Part shown: piece after piece, positions 1-9,652 of the stretch | Layout of the letters: every line of letters starts with the position of its first letter | How positions within the stretch are numbered: position 1 is the first letter of the stretch | DNA from: Armatimonadota bacterium | GTDB taxonomy: Bacteria; Armatimonadota; JADLDR01 | Assembly (NCBI GenBank): GCA_020846535.1 | Contig: JADLDR010000140.1 | Location: 14,253-78,252 of the forward strand | Reading direction: 5' to 3' | Length of the DNA stretch: 64,000 nucleotides | Translations under genes and position numbers: made by a program | Notes under the pieces: generated by a model | The model's database searches: none | The model's input: only the letters and a program-made list of their open reading frames with translations | What the model was told of the DNA's origin: nothing

Positions 1-330
1 GAAGGAGATGGAGACCTTCTCCAGTTGGCCGAGGCGATAGCCGATCTCCTCCTCCAGTTCGCGGGCGGCGCACGCCTCCGGCGATTCGCCCGGGTCCAGC
101 GTTCCCGCCGGGATTTCCAGAAGAGACTGCCCCGCCGCCAGCCGGAACTGCCTCACCAGCACCACCTTTCCATCAGGCAGGATCGGCACGATGGCGACCG
201 CGCCGCGATGCTCCACGATCTCCCGACTGGAACGATTCCCATCGGGCAGCTCGACGGTATCCACCCGCAGGCTGACCACCCGCCCCTCGTATATCCGCTC
301 CGACTGAAGCACTTTTTCGGTAAAATCCAC
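1..330 (-). CDS. NUDIX hydrolase, ADP-ribose pyrophosphatase-like (3' end runs off the window)
   Basis: Absent from the ORF track because it is open at position 1. My reverse-strand translation from GTG 330 gives VDFTEKVLQSERIYEGRVVSLRVDTVELPDGNRSSREIVEHRGAVAIVPILPDGKVVLVRQFRLAAGQSLLEIPAGTLDPGESPEACAARELEEEIGY. This contains the Nudix box GX5EX7REUXEEXGU. AAGGAG lies 7 nt upstream of the GTG. Confidence 0.8.
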   Translation of the reverse strand, partial: MDFTEKVLQSERIYEGRVVSLRVDTVELPDGNRSSREIVEHRGAVAIVPILPDGKVVLVRQFRLAAGQSLLEIPAGTLDPGESPEACAARELEEEIGYRLGQLEKVSISF

Positions 331-368
331 GGCGTTATCTCCTTTCCCATGATGGCTGGCGGCCTGGA

Positions 369-1451
369 TCAGCCCTTTATCATGTCCCCGGCGACCGCTC
401 CGGCGACCGCTGCCGCCAGGAAAAAGACGGGGTCGTTCGCAAGGCCGCGCCCCATCGATTGCAGGAACGGAGCGTTTTCTTCCAGGACTTGCCGCGCCGC
501 ATCGACGGGAGCCCATCGGATATCATGGCGCAGGATGATTCCGCTGGCCTCCAGTTGCGCCTCCAGCAATTCCTGCTGCGAGCCGCCAAGCTGCGGCATG
601 GGCAGGAAGGCCCTCGCAAGGGTTGCCTGGCCGAGTGTGGTTTGCGTGTGGTGCGACAGCCCGCGGTGGCGATCCCTGGGGTCAGCAAAGCCGATGCGGG
701 GGATGGCGACCGGGGTTCCGCCCAGGACGGAGGCGGCGTGAAGCGCCTCGGCCACCGCCAGTCCGCTGAAGCCGTAGCGCGTTCCGGTCCCGACATTGCC
801 CGGCCCCTGGACGATCACGGCAAGATCGGCCCGCGCGATCTCTTTGGCGGCGATGAGGGCGGTGTACAGGTTCACCGCCTCATAATCTCCCCCGAAAGAC
901 TGCCCGGCGGTGATCGAGGCGGCCAGCCATCCTCTGTCTTTCATCAGGGCCACCGTTCGGCTGAAGGCGATGGGGAGGGCCGCCGTATCGGTCATGATAC
1001 AGGCTATCACCGGCGCACCGGCTGATTGCCTGGCCCCCAGGACGGCGGGCAGGAGATGGCTGTGCAGCTCTCCCGCCAGCACGGGCATCCCGGCCAGCGA
1101 TACGAACCCTTCGACGGCCTGACGGTGCGGGCTGCTCTCCTCCTCGATGCTTGTGACAGCGTGTTGCAGAGGGGTATAGCGCAGTTTGACGATATGCCCC
1201 TGTGTTTCGTCAATAAGATCTGCCATGGGCGGATCGAGCCGGGCGACGACAAAATGCACCCCGCCGGTCCCCAGGCGCAGGCGAACGGCGGTGGTGTTAA
1301 GCAGCACTTCGTCCCCGACCGCGACATCGCCTGTCAGAGCCGGATATGCGACCGCCTGTGCATCCTCCCCTTCGATCCTGACGGACATCTCCATCGCGCC
1401 CTGCCGCACGGACAGGATGGCGGTGACAGCGCCGCGCTTCAGACAGATCAT
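369..1451 (-). CDS. DUF3866-like uncharacterised protein
   Basis: 360-aa ORF whose start overlaps the upstream M20 gene's stop by 4 nt (ATGA). Segments such as GTGGVHFVVARLD and VIVQGPGNVGTGTRYGFSGL match my recollection of the DUF3866 family. The assignment is from memory only. Confidence 0.45.
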   Translation of the reverse strand: MICLKRGAVTAILSVRQGAMEMSVRIEGEDAQAVAYPALTGDVAVGDEVLLNTTAVRLRLGTGGVHFVVARLDPPMADLIDETQGHIVKLRYTPLQHAVTSIEEESSPHRQAVEGFVSLAGMPVLAGELHSHLLPAVLGARQSAGAPVIACIMTDTAALPIAFSRTVALMKDRGWLAASITAGQSFGGDYEAVNLYTALIAAKEIARADLAVIVQGPGNVGTGTRYGFSGLAVAEALHAASVLGGTPVAIPRIGFADPRDRHRGLSHHTQTTLGQATLARAFLPMPQLGGSQQELLEAQLEASGIILRHDIRWAPVDAARQVLEENAPFLQSMGRGLANDPVFFLAAAVAGAVAGDMIKG

Positions 1452-2572
1452 GGCGCTGCGGCGGCGCGGCGGATGGCTGAGGCCACAAATTCCGCCGCTT
1501 TCACCAGGTCGGAGACAGCTATGTGTTCGTCGTGGGTATGCACCTTCTCCATCCCCGTGCCGACCACCACGGTAGGGATGCCCCGGGCGTTGAAGATATT
1601 GGCGTCGCTGCCCCCACCGGCGGCAAACAGGTCCTGTGGAGCGCCGATATCGCGGGCTGCTTGGAGCGCCAGCCCCACCACAGGCGCGGTCGGCAGGTGG
1701 CGGTAGGTATTATAAGACCGGTCAATTTTGATCTCGGCGGAAGCTCCAGCCTCGGCGGCGGCGCTTTCGAACGCCTCCACGATATGGCGGGAGATCTCTT
1801 CCAGCTTGCCCTCGTTGCGGCTGCGGGCCTCGCCCTGCACTTCCACACGGGCGGGAACGATATTGCGGGCCTCGCCTCCCCGGGCGATGCCCATATTGGC
1901 CGTCGTCTCCGGGTCGATACGGCCCAGCCTCATACGCGCTATGGCGCGAGCCGCCGCCTGGAGCGCATCGACGCCCTCCTCCGGGCAGACGCCCGCATGG
2001 GCGGGCTTGCCTGTCACTACTGCGGTGATCAGGTTATGGCTCGGCGCGGTGGCGACGACGCCCCCCACCGGCTTCCCCGCATCCAGCACGAACCCCATAT
2101 CGGGCCGGATCAGCGAATAATCCAGGCACTTCGCCCCCAGAAGCCCGACCTCCTCACAGATAGAAAACACCGCATCGATAGGCCCGTGCGGGACGCCTTC
2201 CTCCCGGACGGCTCGGATGCCCTCCAGGATGGCCGCCACACCCGATTTATCGTCCGCCCCCAGGATGGTCGCGCTCTCTGTCCGGATCACGCCTCCTTCC
2301 CGGACGATCCGAAGCCCTTCCGTCGGGGCCACCGTATCGAAATGCGCGCTGAACAGGAGCCGGGGCGCGCCCTCCGCCCTCCCGGGGATATTGACGATAA
2401 TATTATCCGTCTCCCCGCCGACCTGCTCCCCCGCCTGATCGCGCAAAGGCGCAAGGCCCATCCCCTCGATCTCCGCGCAGATCGCCTCCGCCACCGCCTT
2501 CTCCTTCCGCGGCGGGCTGTTTATCTCCAGAAACCGCAAAAACATCCCCAGCAGACGGGATTCATTCACCAT
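1448..2572 (-). CDS. M20-family metallopeptidase, PepT-like
   Basis: Track ORF 1448..2665 trimmed to ATG 2572, which has AAGGAG 6 nt upstream. M20 metal-site blocks are present: SAHFDTV, GADDKSGVAAILE, ICEEVGLLGA and GKPAHAG. Confidence 0.8.
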   Translation of the reverse strand: MVNESRLLGMFLRFLEINSPPRKEKAVAEAICAEIEGMGLAPLRDQAGEQVGGETDNIIVNIPGRAEGAPRLLFSAHFDTVAPTEGLRIVREGGVIRTESATILGADDKSGVAAILEGIRAVREEGVPHGPIDAVFSICEEVGLLGAKCLDYSLIRPDMGFVLDAGKPVGGVVATAPSHNLITAVVTGKPAHAGVCPEEGVDALQAAARAIARMRLGRIDPETTANMGIARGGEARNIVPARVEVQGEARSRNEGKLEEISRHIVEAFESAAAEAGASAEIKIDRSYNTYRHLPTAPVVGLALQAARDIGAPQDLFAAGGGSDANIFNARGIPTVVVGTGMEKVHTHDEHIAVSDLVKAAEFVASAIRRAAAAP

Positions 2573-2673
2573 ATGGCGTCTCCTTGTGGGTAGGGGATAG
2601 GGATCAGGGGATAGGGTATAAGCGGTTCGCCCTTCCATCGCAGCCGTCTTTCTAAACCCTGACATCCTACCCC

Positions 2674-3717
2674 CTAAATAGTCCTGGTGACCTTGCGAAG
2701 GCCCCGGGGAATATCCGGGTTATGGCCCTTGGCTTCGGCAAGGTGGCAGGCGAAAAGCTGGCCGAAGAGGATATAGACGATGGGAGTGATGATTTCTGGG
2801 AGTTCCAGCGGGAACCGGAAGGGCACGGTGGCTGTAGATAGGATTTCTTCCTCATGGGAGAGGATGATCGTTTCCGCATGTTTGCTTTCCAGGGTTTCAG
2901 CAAGGTCTTTCATGAAGTTGTAGGTGTGGCCCTGCGGGGCGATCAGGAAGCAGGGGAAGCCTTCGTAGACGATGGCGACCGGACCGTGCAGGAAGTCGGC
3001 GGCGGAATAGGGTTCGGCCACCAGGTAGCAGGTTTCCGCCATCTTCAGGGCCATCTCCGCGGAGGTGGCGCTGTTCAGGCCGCGTGAGATCACCACGCAT
3101 TCATCCATATAGCGATATCGCTCCACCCGCTGCATGATCTCAGGCTCCAGCGACAGGGCGGCTTCCATCCATCCGGGAACCTGATGGAGCCGGTTCAATA
3201 ACTCTTGGTCATCATGCAGGCAGGCGGAGATCATATAGAGATTCATCAGGCTGGTGGTGTAGGTCTTGGTGGCGGCCACGCTCTTTTCCGGGCCGGCGTC
3301 GCAGAGAAGAATGTGTTCGGAGGCGTGGGCCAGGGGAGAATTGGGGGCATTGGTGATACAGGCGGTCAGAGCGCCCTGCTTGCGGGCGTGTTTCAAAACC
3401 TGTACGACATCGGGAGACGCGCCGGACTGGGAGATGCCCAGCACCATCGCATTTTGAAGCTTCAGCCGGGCATGGTAGTGCGTGTAGGCCGACGGGGCAG
3501 CCAGGGCGCAGGGAAGCCCGTTGGCAATCTCGAAAAGATACTTCCCGAAGGTGGCTGCATTGTCGGAAGTGCCGCGGGCGGCCAGGATAAGATAAGAAAT
3601 ATTGCGGCCCTTGATCTCCCGGGCCAGGCGAAGGGCTTTCTCCGCCTCGTTTTCCAGGACGCGGGCTACCGCCTCCGGCTGCTGCCGGATTTCCTCTAAC
3701 ATCAGACTCATCTTCAT
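2674..3717 (-). CDS. Double-SIS-domain phosphosugar isomerase/deglycase-like protein (isomerase half of GlmS / AgaS / FrlB type)
   Basis: 347 aa with two SIS modules (LAARGTSDNAA, GISQSGASPDVV, ISRGLNSATSAE) and no glutaminase domain. ATG 3717 overlaps the upstream stop (ATGA). ATG 3711 is an alternative start with better spacing to GAGGT. Confidence 0.7.
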   Translation of the reverse strand: MKMSLMLEEIRQQPEAVARVLENEAEKALRLAREIKGRNISYLILAARGTSDNAATFGKYLFEIANGLPCALAAPSAYTHYHARLKLQNAMVLGISQSGASPDVVQVLKHARKQGALTACITNAPNSPLAHASEHILLCDAGPEKSVAATKTYTTSLMNLYMISACLHDDQELLNRLHQVPGWMEAALSLEPEIMQRVERYRYMDECVVISRGLNSATSAEMALKMAETCYLVAEPYSAADFLHGPVAIVYEGFPCFLIAPQGHTYNFMKDLAETLESKHAETIILSHEEEILSTATVPFRFPLELPEIITPIVYILFGQLFACHLAEAKGHNPDIPRGLRKVTRTI

Positions 3718-4559
3718 ACCTCGTACCCGTCGATGGGTTTTATTTCCACAGCATTGCGCTGGGCGTCCACCCGGAGCAGCCTGCCGCGCAGCAGGTCGCC
3801 GTCGCCCAGCAATACCCGGATGGCTTCTTCCCCCTGGCAGGCCGCCACGCCTGCAATCGCCCTGCCGGGCCGGGCGTCATCCTCCTGGGGCCAGAGTTCT
3901 TCCCCCAGACTGTCCAGGGATTCGTCACCGGGGAAGACAGTGGTGACCCACCCCTGGGTGTCGCTGATGGCGGCATGGACGACCGGGATGCCCATGCTCT
4001 GACAGGCGGAGGCGATGCGGTGGCGGGCGGGCCGCGCCGGGAGGCAGTCGACAGCCACCGAACAACCGCATAGGAGTACTTCCAGGCTGGCCGCATCGAG
4101 CCGGGCCTCGCAGCCGGTGACATCGATGGCAGAGTTCAGGCTGAGGGCGCGGTTGGCCGCGACCATCGCCAGGCCCTGCACGAGTGGGGCTTCGATAGCG
4201 AGCCGGAGCGATTCCGGCCCGGGGCCAGGGTCGAGAAAGGGGTCTACCAGGGTCAGGGTCCCGACCCCGTGAACGGCCAGCGACTCCGCCACCCGCTGCC
4301 CCAATCCTTCCAGCCCGAACACGACCGCCGAGGATTCGAGCAGCCTGATCTGCCCGCTCAGGCCGTATTTGCGGACATTCCTCACATAGCGAACCGGGAT
4401 GACCTCCAGCCGCAGAGCCTCGCGCTCCGCCTCGCGGCGCGAGAGGCCGTGAAGGTCGGCCACCGATGCCGTCTCCCCCGGCGAGATGACCCGCCAGCTT
4501 GTCCCTCCCGGCATTGCTATGGGATGCGCGGAGCGCAACAAATCGTCCGCAAGATCCAT
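3714..4559 (-). CDS. ThiF/MoeB/HesA-like Rossmann protein, possibly degenerate
   Basis: Contains VVFGLEGLGQRVAESLAVHGVGTLTLVD, a GxGxxG nucleotide-binding stretch as in E1-like adenylyltransferases. I cannot find the usual downstream SNL-x-RQ block. Start taken at ATG 4559; the track starts at GTG 4568. Confidence 0.45.
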   Translation of the reverse strand: MDLADDLLRSAHPIAMPGGTSWRVISPGETASVADLHGLSRREAEREALRLEVIPVRYVRNVRKYGLSGQIRLLESSAVVFGLEGLGQRVAESLAVHGVGTLTLVDPFLDPGPGPESLRLAIEAPLVQGLAMVAANRALSLNSAIDVTGCEARLDAASLEVLLCGCSVAVDCLPARPARHRIASACQSMGIPVVHAAISDTQGWVTTVFPGDESLDSLGEELWPQEDDARPGRAIAGVAACQGEEAIRVLLGDGDLLRGRLLRVDAQRNAVEIKPIDGYEV

Positions 4560-4580
4560 AAAAGACACGCCCTTATCGGT

Positions 4581-6950
4581 CTAACGTCCCTCGAACTGTA
4601 CTATGGTCGCGCCTTCGCCGCCCTCGCCCTTTTCGCCGATGCGGAAGGCATGAATATCGGTGCGCTCTTTCAGAAAATTCCAGATCCCTCTGCGGAGCGC
4701 GCCCGTCCCCTTTCCATGAACGATTCGCACCTCCGGCACCCCGGCGATGATCGCGTCGTCCAGATATTTCTCGACCCGTTCCAGGGCTTCCTGGACGGTC
4801 ATACCCAGGATGTGAATTTCTGGCGCGATGGTCTTGGCCTTCTCGAATCTCAGATCCGATGTGCCGGGGGATTCCCTTCGCCTGGCTCCGGCAGCCTTTT
4901 CCTCTTCCTCCACCGGCCTCAGCGCCGCAAAGGAAACATTCACCTTGATGGCCCCGATCATCACCACGGCATCCTCGCTGCCCCCGGGAGGGTTCTGGAG
5001 GACTCCGGTTCTGCCCAGGGTAGTCACCATCACCGGCATCCCGGGCTTGATGGCGCTGAGGTCGACCGGCCTTTCCTCGTGTTCCGGGCGGTTCCGGTGG
5101 CGGCGGGAGCGCACCTTCCGGGCCGTCTCGTGCAGGGCCTGCCGGACGGCTTCGGCCCCTTTGGTGTCCTGGCCCGACTGGCGCAGTTGGTTGATGAGGG
5201 CATTGGCCTGCTCGGTCGCCTCCCGGATGACCGCCTCCGAATCTCGCTGGGCCTGGGCCACGATCTCGTCATGGCGCTCCTGCAAAGAGCGCAGCTTCGT
5301 CTCATAGCGGTCGCGCAGGATTCGGGCGTCTCTGGAGGCTTCGGCGGCGAGGCGGCGCTCCTCCTCGGCCTGACGCTGGTTTTCCACCAGGCTCCGGATC
5401 ACCTGATCAGCGGTCAGGTTGCCGGTTCCCACGTATTCGCGGGCCGCCGCGATCACTTCCTCCGGCATCCCGAGCCGGGAGGCGATAATGAGGGCGTTGC
5501 TGCTCCCCGGAATGCCCATCAGTATCCGGTAGGTGGGCCGCAGTGTTCGGATGTCGAATTCGACGCTGGCGTTTTCGACCCCTTCCCGCATGTAGGCGAA
5601 TTCTTTCAGTTCACCGTAGTGGGTGGTGGCGATCACCAGAGCGCCCCGGTTGGTCAGGAAATCGAGGAGGGATCGGGCTAGGGCCGCGCCTTCCGTCGGG
5701 TCGGTTCCCGCGCCCACCTCATCGAGCAGCACCAGCGAGTTTTTGTTCATCTCCCGCAGGATGCGGACGATCTGGATGATGTGCGAAGAAAAGGTGCTGA
5801 GCGACTGCTGGATGCTCTGCTCGTCCCCGATATCGGCGAAGACCTGATCCAGCACAGCGACCTGGGAGCCGTTTTGCGCCGGGATATGCAGCCCGGACTG
5901 CGCCATCAGCACGAACAGCCCCACCGTTTTTAATGTGACCGTTTTGCCTCCGGTGTTCGGCCCGGTGATGAGGAGGGTGGTATAGCCCTTCCCCAGCCGC
6001 ATATCAATAGGAACCACCTCTCCGGAAAGAAGCGGATGCCGCCCCTGCCGGATATCGATATAACCTTCCCGGTTCAGAACCGGCTCCGCGCAGTCCAGGT
6101 CGCAGCTCAAGGCGGCCTTCGCGGCGGTGAAATCGACATGAGCCAGGATTTCCAGAGTTTGTGCGATGCCGGGCGACTGCTCCCCGACCTCTAACGCCAG
6201 CATCCGCAGGATGCGCTCGATCTCGTCTCGCTCATCGAAGCGAAGCTGGCGGTGTTCGTTCCCCAGTTCCAGCACGGCGGTCGGCTCCATGAAGACAGTG
6301 GCTCCGCTGGCCGACTGGTCGTGTACCAGCCCGCCGAACTGGGAACGGCTGTCGGTCTTGACGGGGATACAGTAGCGGTCGTCCCGGAGAGTGATGATCG
6401 GCTCCTGGATCATCGTCCGGTAGTGCGTGGAGGCCAGGATGGCGTTCAGCTTTTCCAGAATCCGGCTGTGCGTGACCTTGATGCGGGAGCGGATGCGGGC
6501 CAGCTTCTCGCTGGCCGAATCCAGAACTTCCCCATCATTGCCGATGCAGCGGCGGATCGCCTCTTCCAGTTTGCGGAAATCCCCGATAGGCTCCGTCAGG
6601 GCCGACAGCAGCGGGCTGCGGTCCGGGCGCAGCAAAAACTGGCGCAGCCTGCGCGAAGAGGACAGTGTGTCCGCAATATCCATCAATTCCTGCGGGGACA
6701 GCATGGCCGCCAGCCGCGCCCGCTCCAGGGAGGGGCGGATGTCCTGAATGCCGCCCAGCGGGATGCGCCCCTCCGACTGGAGGAGATGCCGGGCCTCGCT
6801 GGTCTCCTGCTGCAAATGGCGGATATGCCCGATATCTTTCACAGGTTCCATCAGGCGCGCCTGCTCCGCCCCCAGCTCGCAGGCCACCCGCTCCTGTAGC
6901 ATTTCCCGGATCGCATCGAATTCCAGTGTTTTCAGTGTATGCTTGTCCAT
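4581..6950 (-). CDS. mutS2: Endonuclease MutS2 (MutS core plus C-terminal Smr domain)
   Basis: Walker A ITGPNTGGKTV, LLDEVGAGTDP and a C-terminal Smr domain (VRIVHGKGTGALR). The track ORF runs to 7061 only by reading through a repeat element (..YHCEERKRRQ..). Trimmed to ATG 6950 (MDKHTLKTLEFDAIREML). Confidence 0.9.
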   Translation of the reverse strand: MDKHTLKTLEFDAIREMLQERVACELGAEQARLMEPVKDIGHIRHLQQETSEARHLLQSEGRIPLGGIQDIRPSLERARLAAMLSPQELMDIADTLSSSRRLRQFLLRPDRSPLLSALTEPIGDFRKLEEAIRRCIGNDGEVLDSASEKLARIRSRIKVTHSRILEKLNAILASTHYRTMIQEPIITLRDDRYCIPVKTDSRSQFGGLVHDQSASGATVFMEPTAVLELGNEHRQLRFDERDEIERILRMLALEVGEQSPGIAQTLEILAHVDFTAAKAALSCDLDCAEPVLNREGYIDIRQGRHPLLSGEVVPIDMRLGKGYTTLLITGPNTGGKTVTLKTVGLFVLMAQSGLHIPAQNGSQVAVLDQVFADIGDEQSIQQSLSTFSSHIIQIVRILREMNKNSLVLLDEVGAGTDPTEGAALARSLLDFLTNRGALVIATTHYGELKEFAYMREGVENASVEFDIRTLRPTYRILMGIPGSSNALIIASRLGMPEEVIAAAREYVGTGNLTADQVIRSLVENQRQAEEERRLAAEASRDARILRDRYETKLRSLQERHDEIVAQAQRDSEAVIREATEQANALINQLRQSGQDTKGAEAVRQALHETARKVRSRRHRNRPEHEERPVDLSAIKPGMPVMVTTLGRTGVLQNPPGGSEDAVVMIGAIKVNVSFAALRPVEEEEKAAGARRRESPGTSDLRFEKAKTIAPEIHILGMTVQEALERVEKYLDDAIIAGVPEVRIVHGKGTGALRRGIWNFLKERTDIHAFRIGEKGEGGEGATIVQFEGR

Positions 6951-6997
6951 ATAACGATTGTCCGAAATAAACTCCCAACTTTCTATGATAAACACCT

Positions 6998-7045
6998 GTC
7001 GTCGCTTTCGCTCCTCGCAATGATAGATATGCGAAAGCCTTGATT
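6998..7045. repeat. Palindromic intergenic element family, right-half copy
   Basis: GTCGTCGCTTTCGCTCCTCGCAATGATAG followed by GCGAAAGCCTTG. This matches the right arm plus outer arm of the full copies at 33073, 48471 and 19085. Confidence 0.7.
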
Positions 7046-7099
7046 TATGATAGTTCGCCAATTTATTATACCAGATTAGGGTATAAAAGTAACAGAGAA

Positions 7100-9592
7100 C
7101 TATTCGCGCCCCTCCCCTGCCTGGCAGGATCGCGGCATGCAGAGGCGCTCGATATCGAGCCGCAGGTGATCGTGGCCTCCTTGCAGGGAACGGCGGTCTG
7201 GGCCAAAACCGCAGCCGGGATTTCCGCCCCTTACCGGATTAATGCCGCCCGCCCCTTCTGGCTGAGCCGGGACAAAGCCTGCCCAGGCGATGCGCTTCAC
7301 CTCTTCGGCTTCGGGGTCAGGAAAGGTGCAGGTGGCACGGCGGGCGAAGGCCGGAAAGCGCCCCCTGGATGCCCGCCGCTTCGGAGCCAGAGGCGACGGC
7401 CTGGCTGACGACGCGAAATCCCTTCAATCGGCCCTTACGGCGGCCAAAGACGCGGGCGGGGGTGTGATCTTCCTCCCGCCCGGCGTGTGCCGGACAGCGG
7501 CAACCCTTGTCGTTTCCTCCGGCGTCCGGCTGAAAGGCGCGAGCCGGGACAGTTCGGTTCTGCAAGGGTTCGGCTATAACCCTCACGCGGACCGGGTAGC
7601 CTGGTTCACCGGCCCCAACGCGCCTCCCACGGCGGTTGTCCGGCTGTCAGACGGGGCTTCCCTGGATTCCCTGACCGTCGAGGGCGCGACCGGCCCGAGA
7701 TCGGGCGGAAACGGGCTGGTAGAGGCGGTCCCGGCCTGCCCTTCCTCTCCTGACGGCGGCACAGTTAGAAATATCGCTATATCGGGCTGCCGTCTGCGGG
7801 CAGCGGAAGAGGGAACGGAGATATCCAGGCCGCTTTATGCCGCCGCTATCTATATCGGCCCGAACTCGGAGTATGCGGACATGCTTCATAACGATATTGG
7901 CGGGGCGATCAGCTTCGGCCTGGGAACTGCCCGGAGGGCGGAGGTGATCGGCAACACCATTCGCGGAGGGGCCTCTGTCGATGTGGTCTCTCTGGGCGGG
8001 CGGCTCTTCGACAGCCTGGTGGACAGCAATATCCTGACGGATACCCCAGGCCGGATCGTTCTGGGGATGGGATGGCACAACCTGGTCCGCTATAATGAGG
8101 TACACCAGGCTTTTCGCGGCACATGGGCCAACGCGGAGGAGGTCTATCTGATTCACGGCGGGTATGAAGGGACGGCCAGCTGCGCCACCGGCGCATCGGC
8201 CCGCACCCTGACCGATACCCGCCAGCGGTGGAATCCTGACCGCTACGCTGATGCCACCGTACTCATCGCCTCAGAGCAGGGCTTCGGGCAATACCGGAGC
8301 GTGGCCGGCAATACTCAAAACACGCTGAAGGCGGACAGGCCGTGGCGCATCGTGTCTGACGGCAGCAGCGAGTATGTGGTGGCCCCCGCTTTTGTGGAGA
8401 ACGCCCTGTTTGCCAGCCTCAACAACGCGCCCTGCGCCTGTCGCTCTGGCTCAACTGCATCGCCAATGTGGTGGAGATGCACCGGGACGACCATTCCAAG
8501 GGGATGGGCATCTGGGGAACCGATGACAACCTTCTGGAAAAGGACGGGCGGGCCACCCGGCCCAACGCCTTCTTCCCGGCCTATGACAATGCCGTGATGA
8601 ACGGCTGGATGGACGGGGCCTTCGCGCACCTTTTCTCCGGGGCCAATCCCGCCGGCATCCATACCGGCCCGCTGGCCTTCGGCAGCTACTTCATCGGCAA
8701 CCGCCTGCGGCAGTCTCACATGCGGCGGACAGGATTCGATATGCCGGTGCATGGGGACGGGGCCATCCTGGTCGGCAACCGTTCCGGCGCAGATATGACC
8801 CGCCCGCAGGCGGAACACACTGCGATTTCTCATACGATTGTCGCCCGGAACCAGGTCGCCTTTACCGACGCCGGGATCACTGCTGCCGACTGTGCGAAAA
8901 AAACCTTTGTTCTGGACAACGAATTCCAGGAGGTCGGCAAGCTGATTCTGGACTGGGGAGCGGAAAGCGTCCTGCGCGGCAACCGCATCTATGCCATCAC
9001 CGAGGCCGGAGATCGGTTCAGCCCGATACCGGACGGCACGAACGAAAGAAAGAGCATCGCCCGCCCTCCCCCGGAGGCGCAGGCAGCGCAGATCGAGCCG
9101 ATGCCGCCTCTATTCGAGAGGCTTCTCGATCTAAAGGTATTCGTCTCCCAGCAAGCCTGCTGTTTCTACCGGGGCGTCCGAAGCCCGAAGGCGGAACGCG
9201 CATGCGCCGCCAACCTGAAGCGGCTGCATGCGCTTCTGAAACGGTACGACGCCCGGCACGACGGTCTGCCCCGGGCCGCCCTCTTCCCCCGTCGCCCGCA
9301 TCAAGGCCCGGACAGTCTGGCCGCCCTGCTGGGCGAGGCGGCCCGGACTTTACGCGCCTGGATCTGAACTATGCCTGGAACGAAAAACTCAGCGGCAAAA
9401 ATCTTGCCTCCGTCCCCGACCTGAGCAACACCGGGTGCCTGATGGATTTCACGGGCGCTCACGACTGGATGATCACCAACGAGAAATGCGGCCACAGGGG
9501 CGGTGCCAACATCCTCTATGCCGACGGCCCGGTGCGCTGGAGCCGCCCCTTCAGCACGGAATGGTGGAACAAAACCGCCCCCCCGAAGCTAG
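7100..9592 (+). pseudogene. Frameshifted right-handed beta-helix (pectate-lyase-superfamily-like) protein with a C-terminal DUF1559-like module
   Basis: Coding signal continues through four reading-frame pieces.
- About 7100-7315: ..APYRINAARPFWLSRDKACPGDALHLFGFG.
- About 7316-8425: RRFGARGDGLADDAKSLQSAL.. N-cap and beta-helix turns.
- About 8426-9345: ..LWLNCIANVVEMHRDDHSKGMGIWGT.., ending ..ERACAANLKRLHALLKRYDARHDGLP.
- About 9346-9592: LNYAWNEKLSG...HRGGANILYADGPVRW.
There is no signal peptide and no credible start codon. Confidence 0.6.
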
Positions 9593-9652
9593 GCCGAATG
9601 GGCGCGGGAGTAGCAAGCGGATGTACGTTCTCGGGCACGCCCCACAACCCGC

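Noticed and set aside
25-741. Plus-strand ORF 25..741 (238 aa)
   Set aside because: It is opposite the Nudix gene and the 3' end of the DUF3866-like gene, and its composition is typical of a shadow frame.
7300-9590. Programmed ribosomal frameshifting in the beta-helix gene
   Set aside because: Four shifts in different directions, with no slippery heptamer plus structure pattern, fit decay or error rather than recoding.
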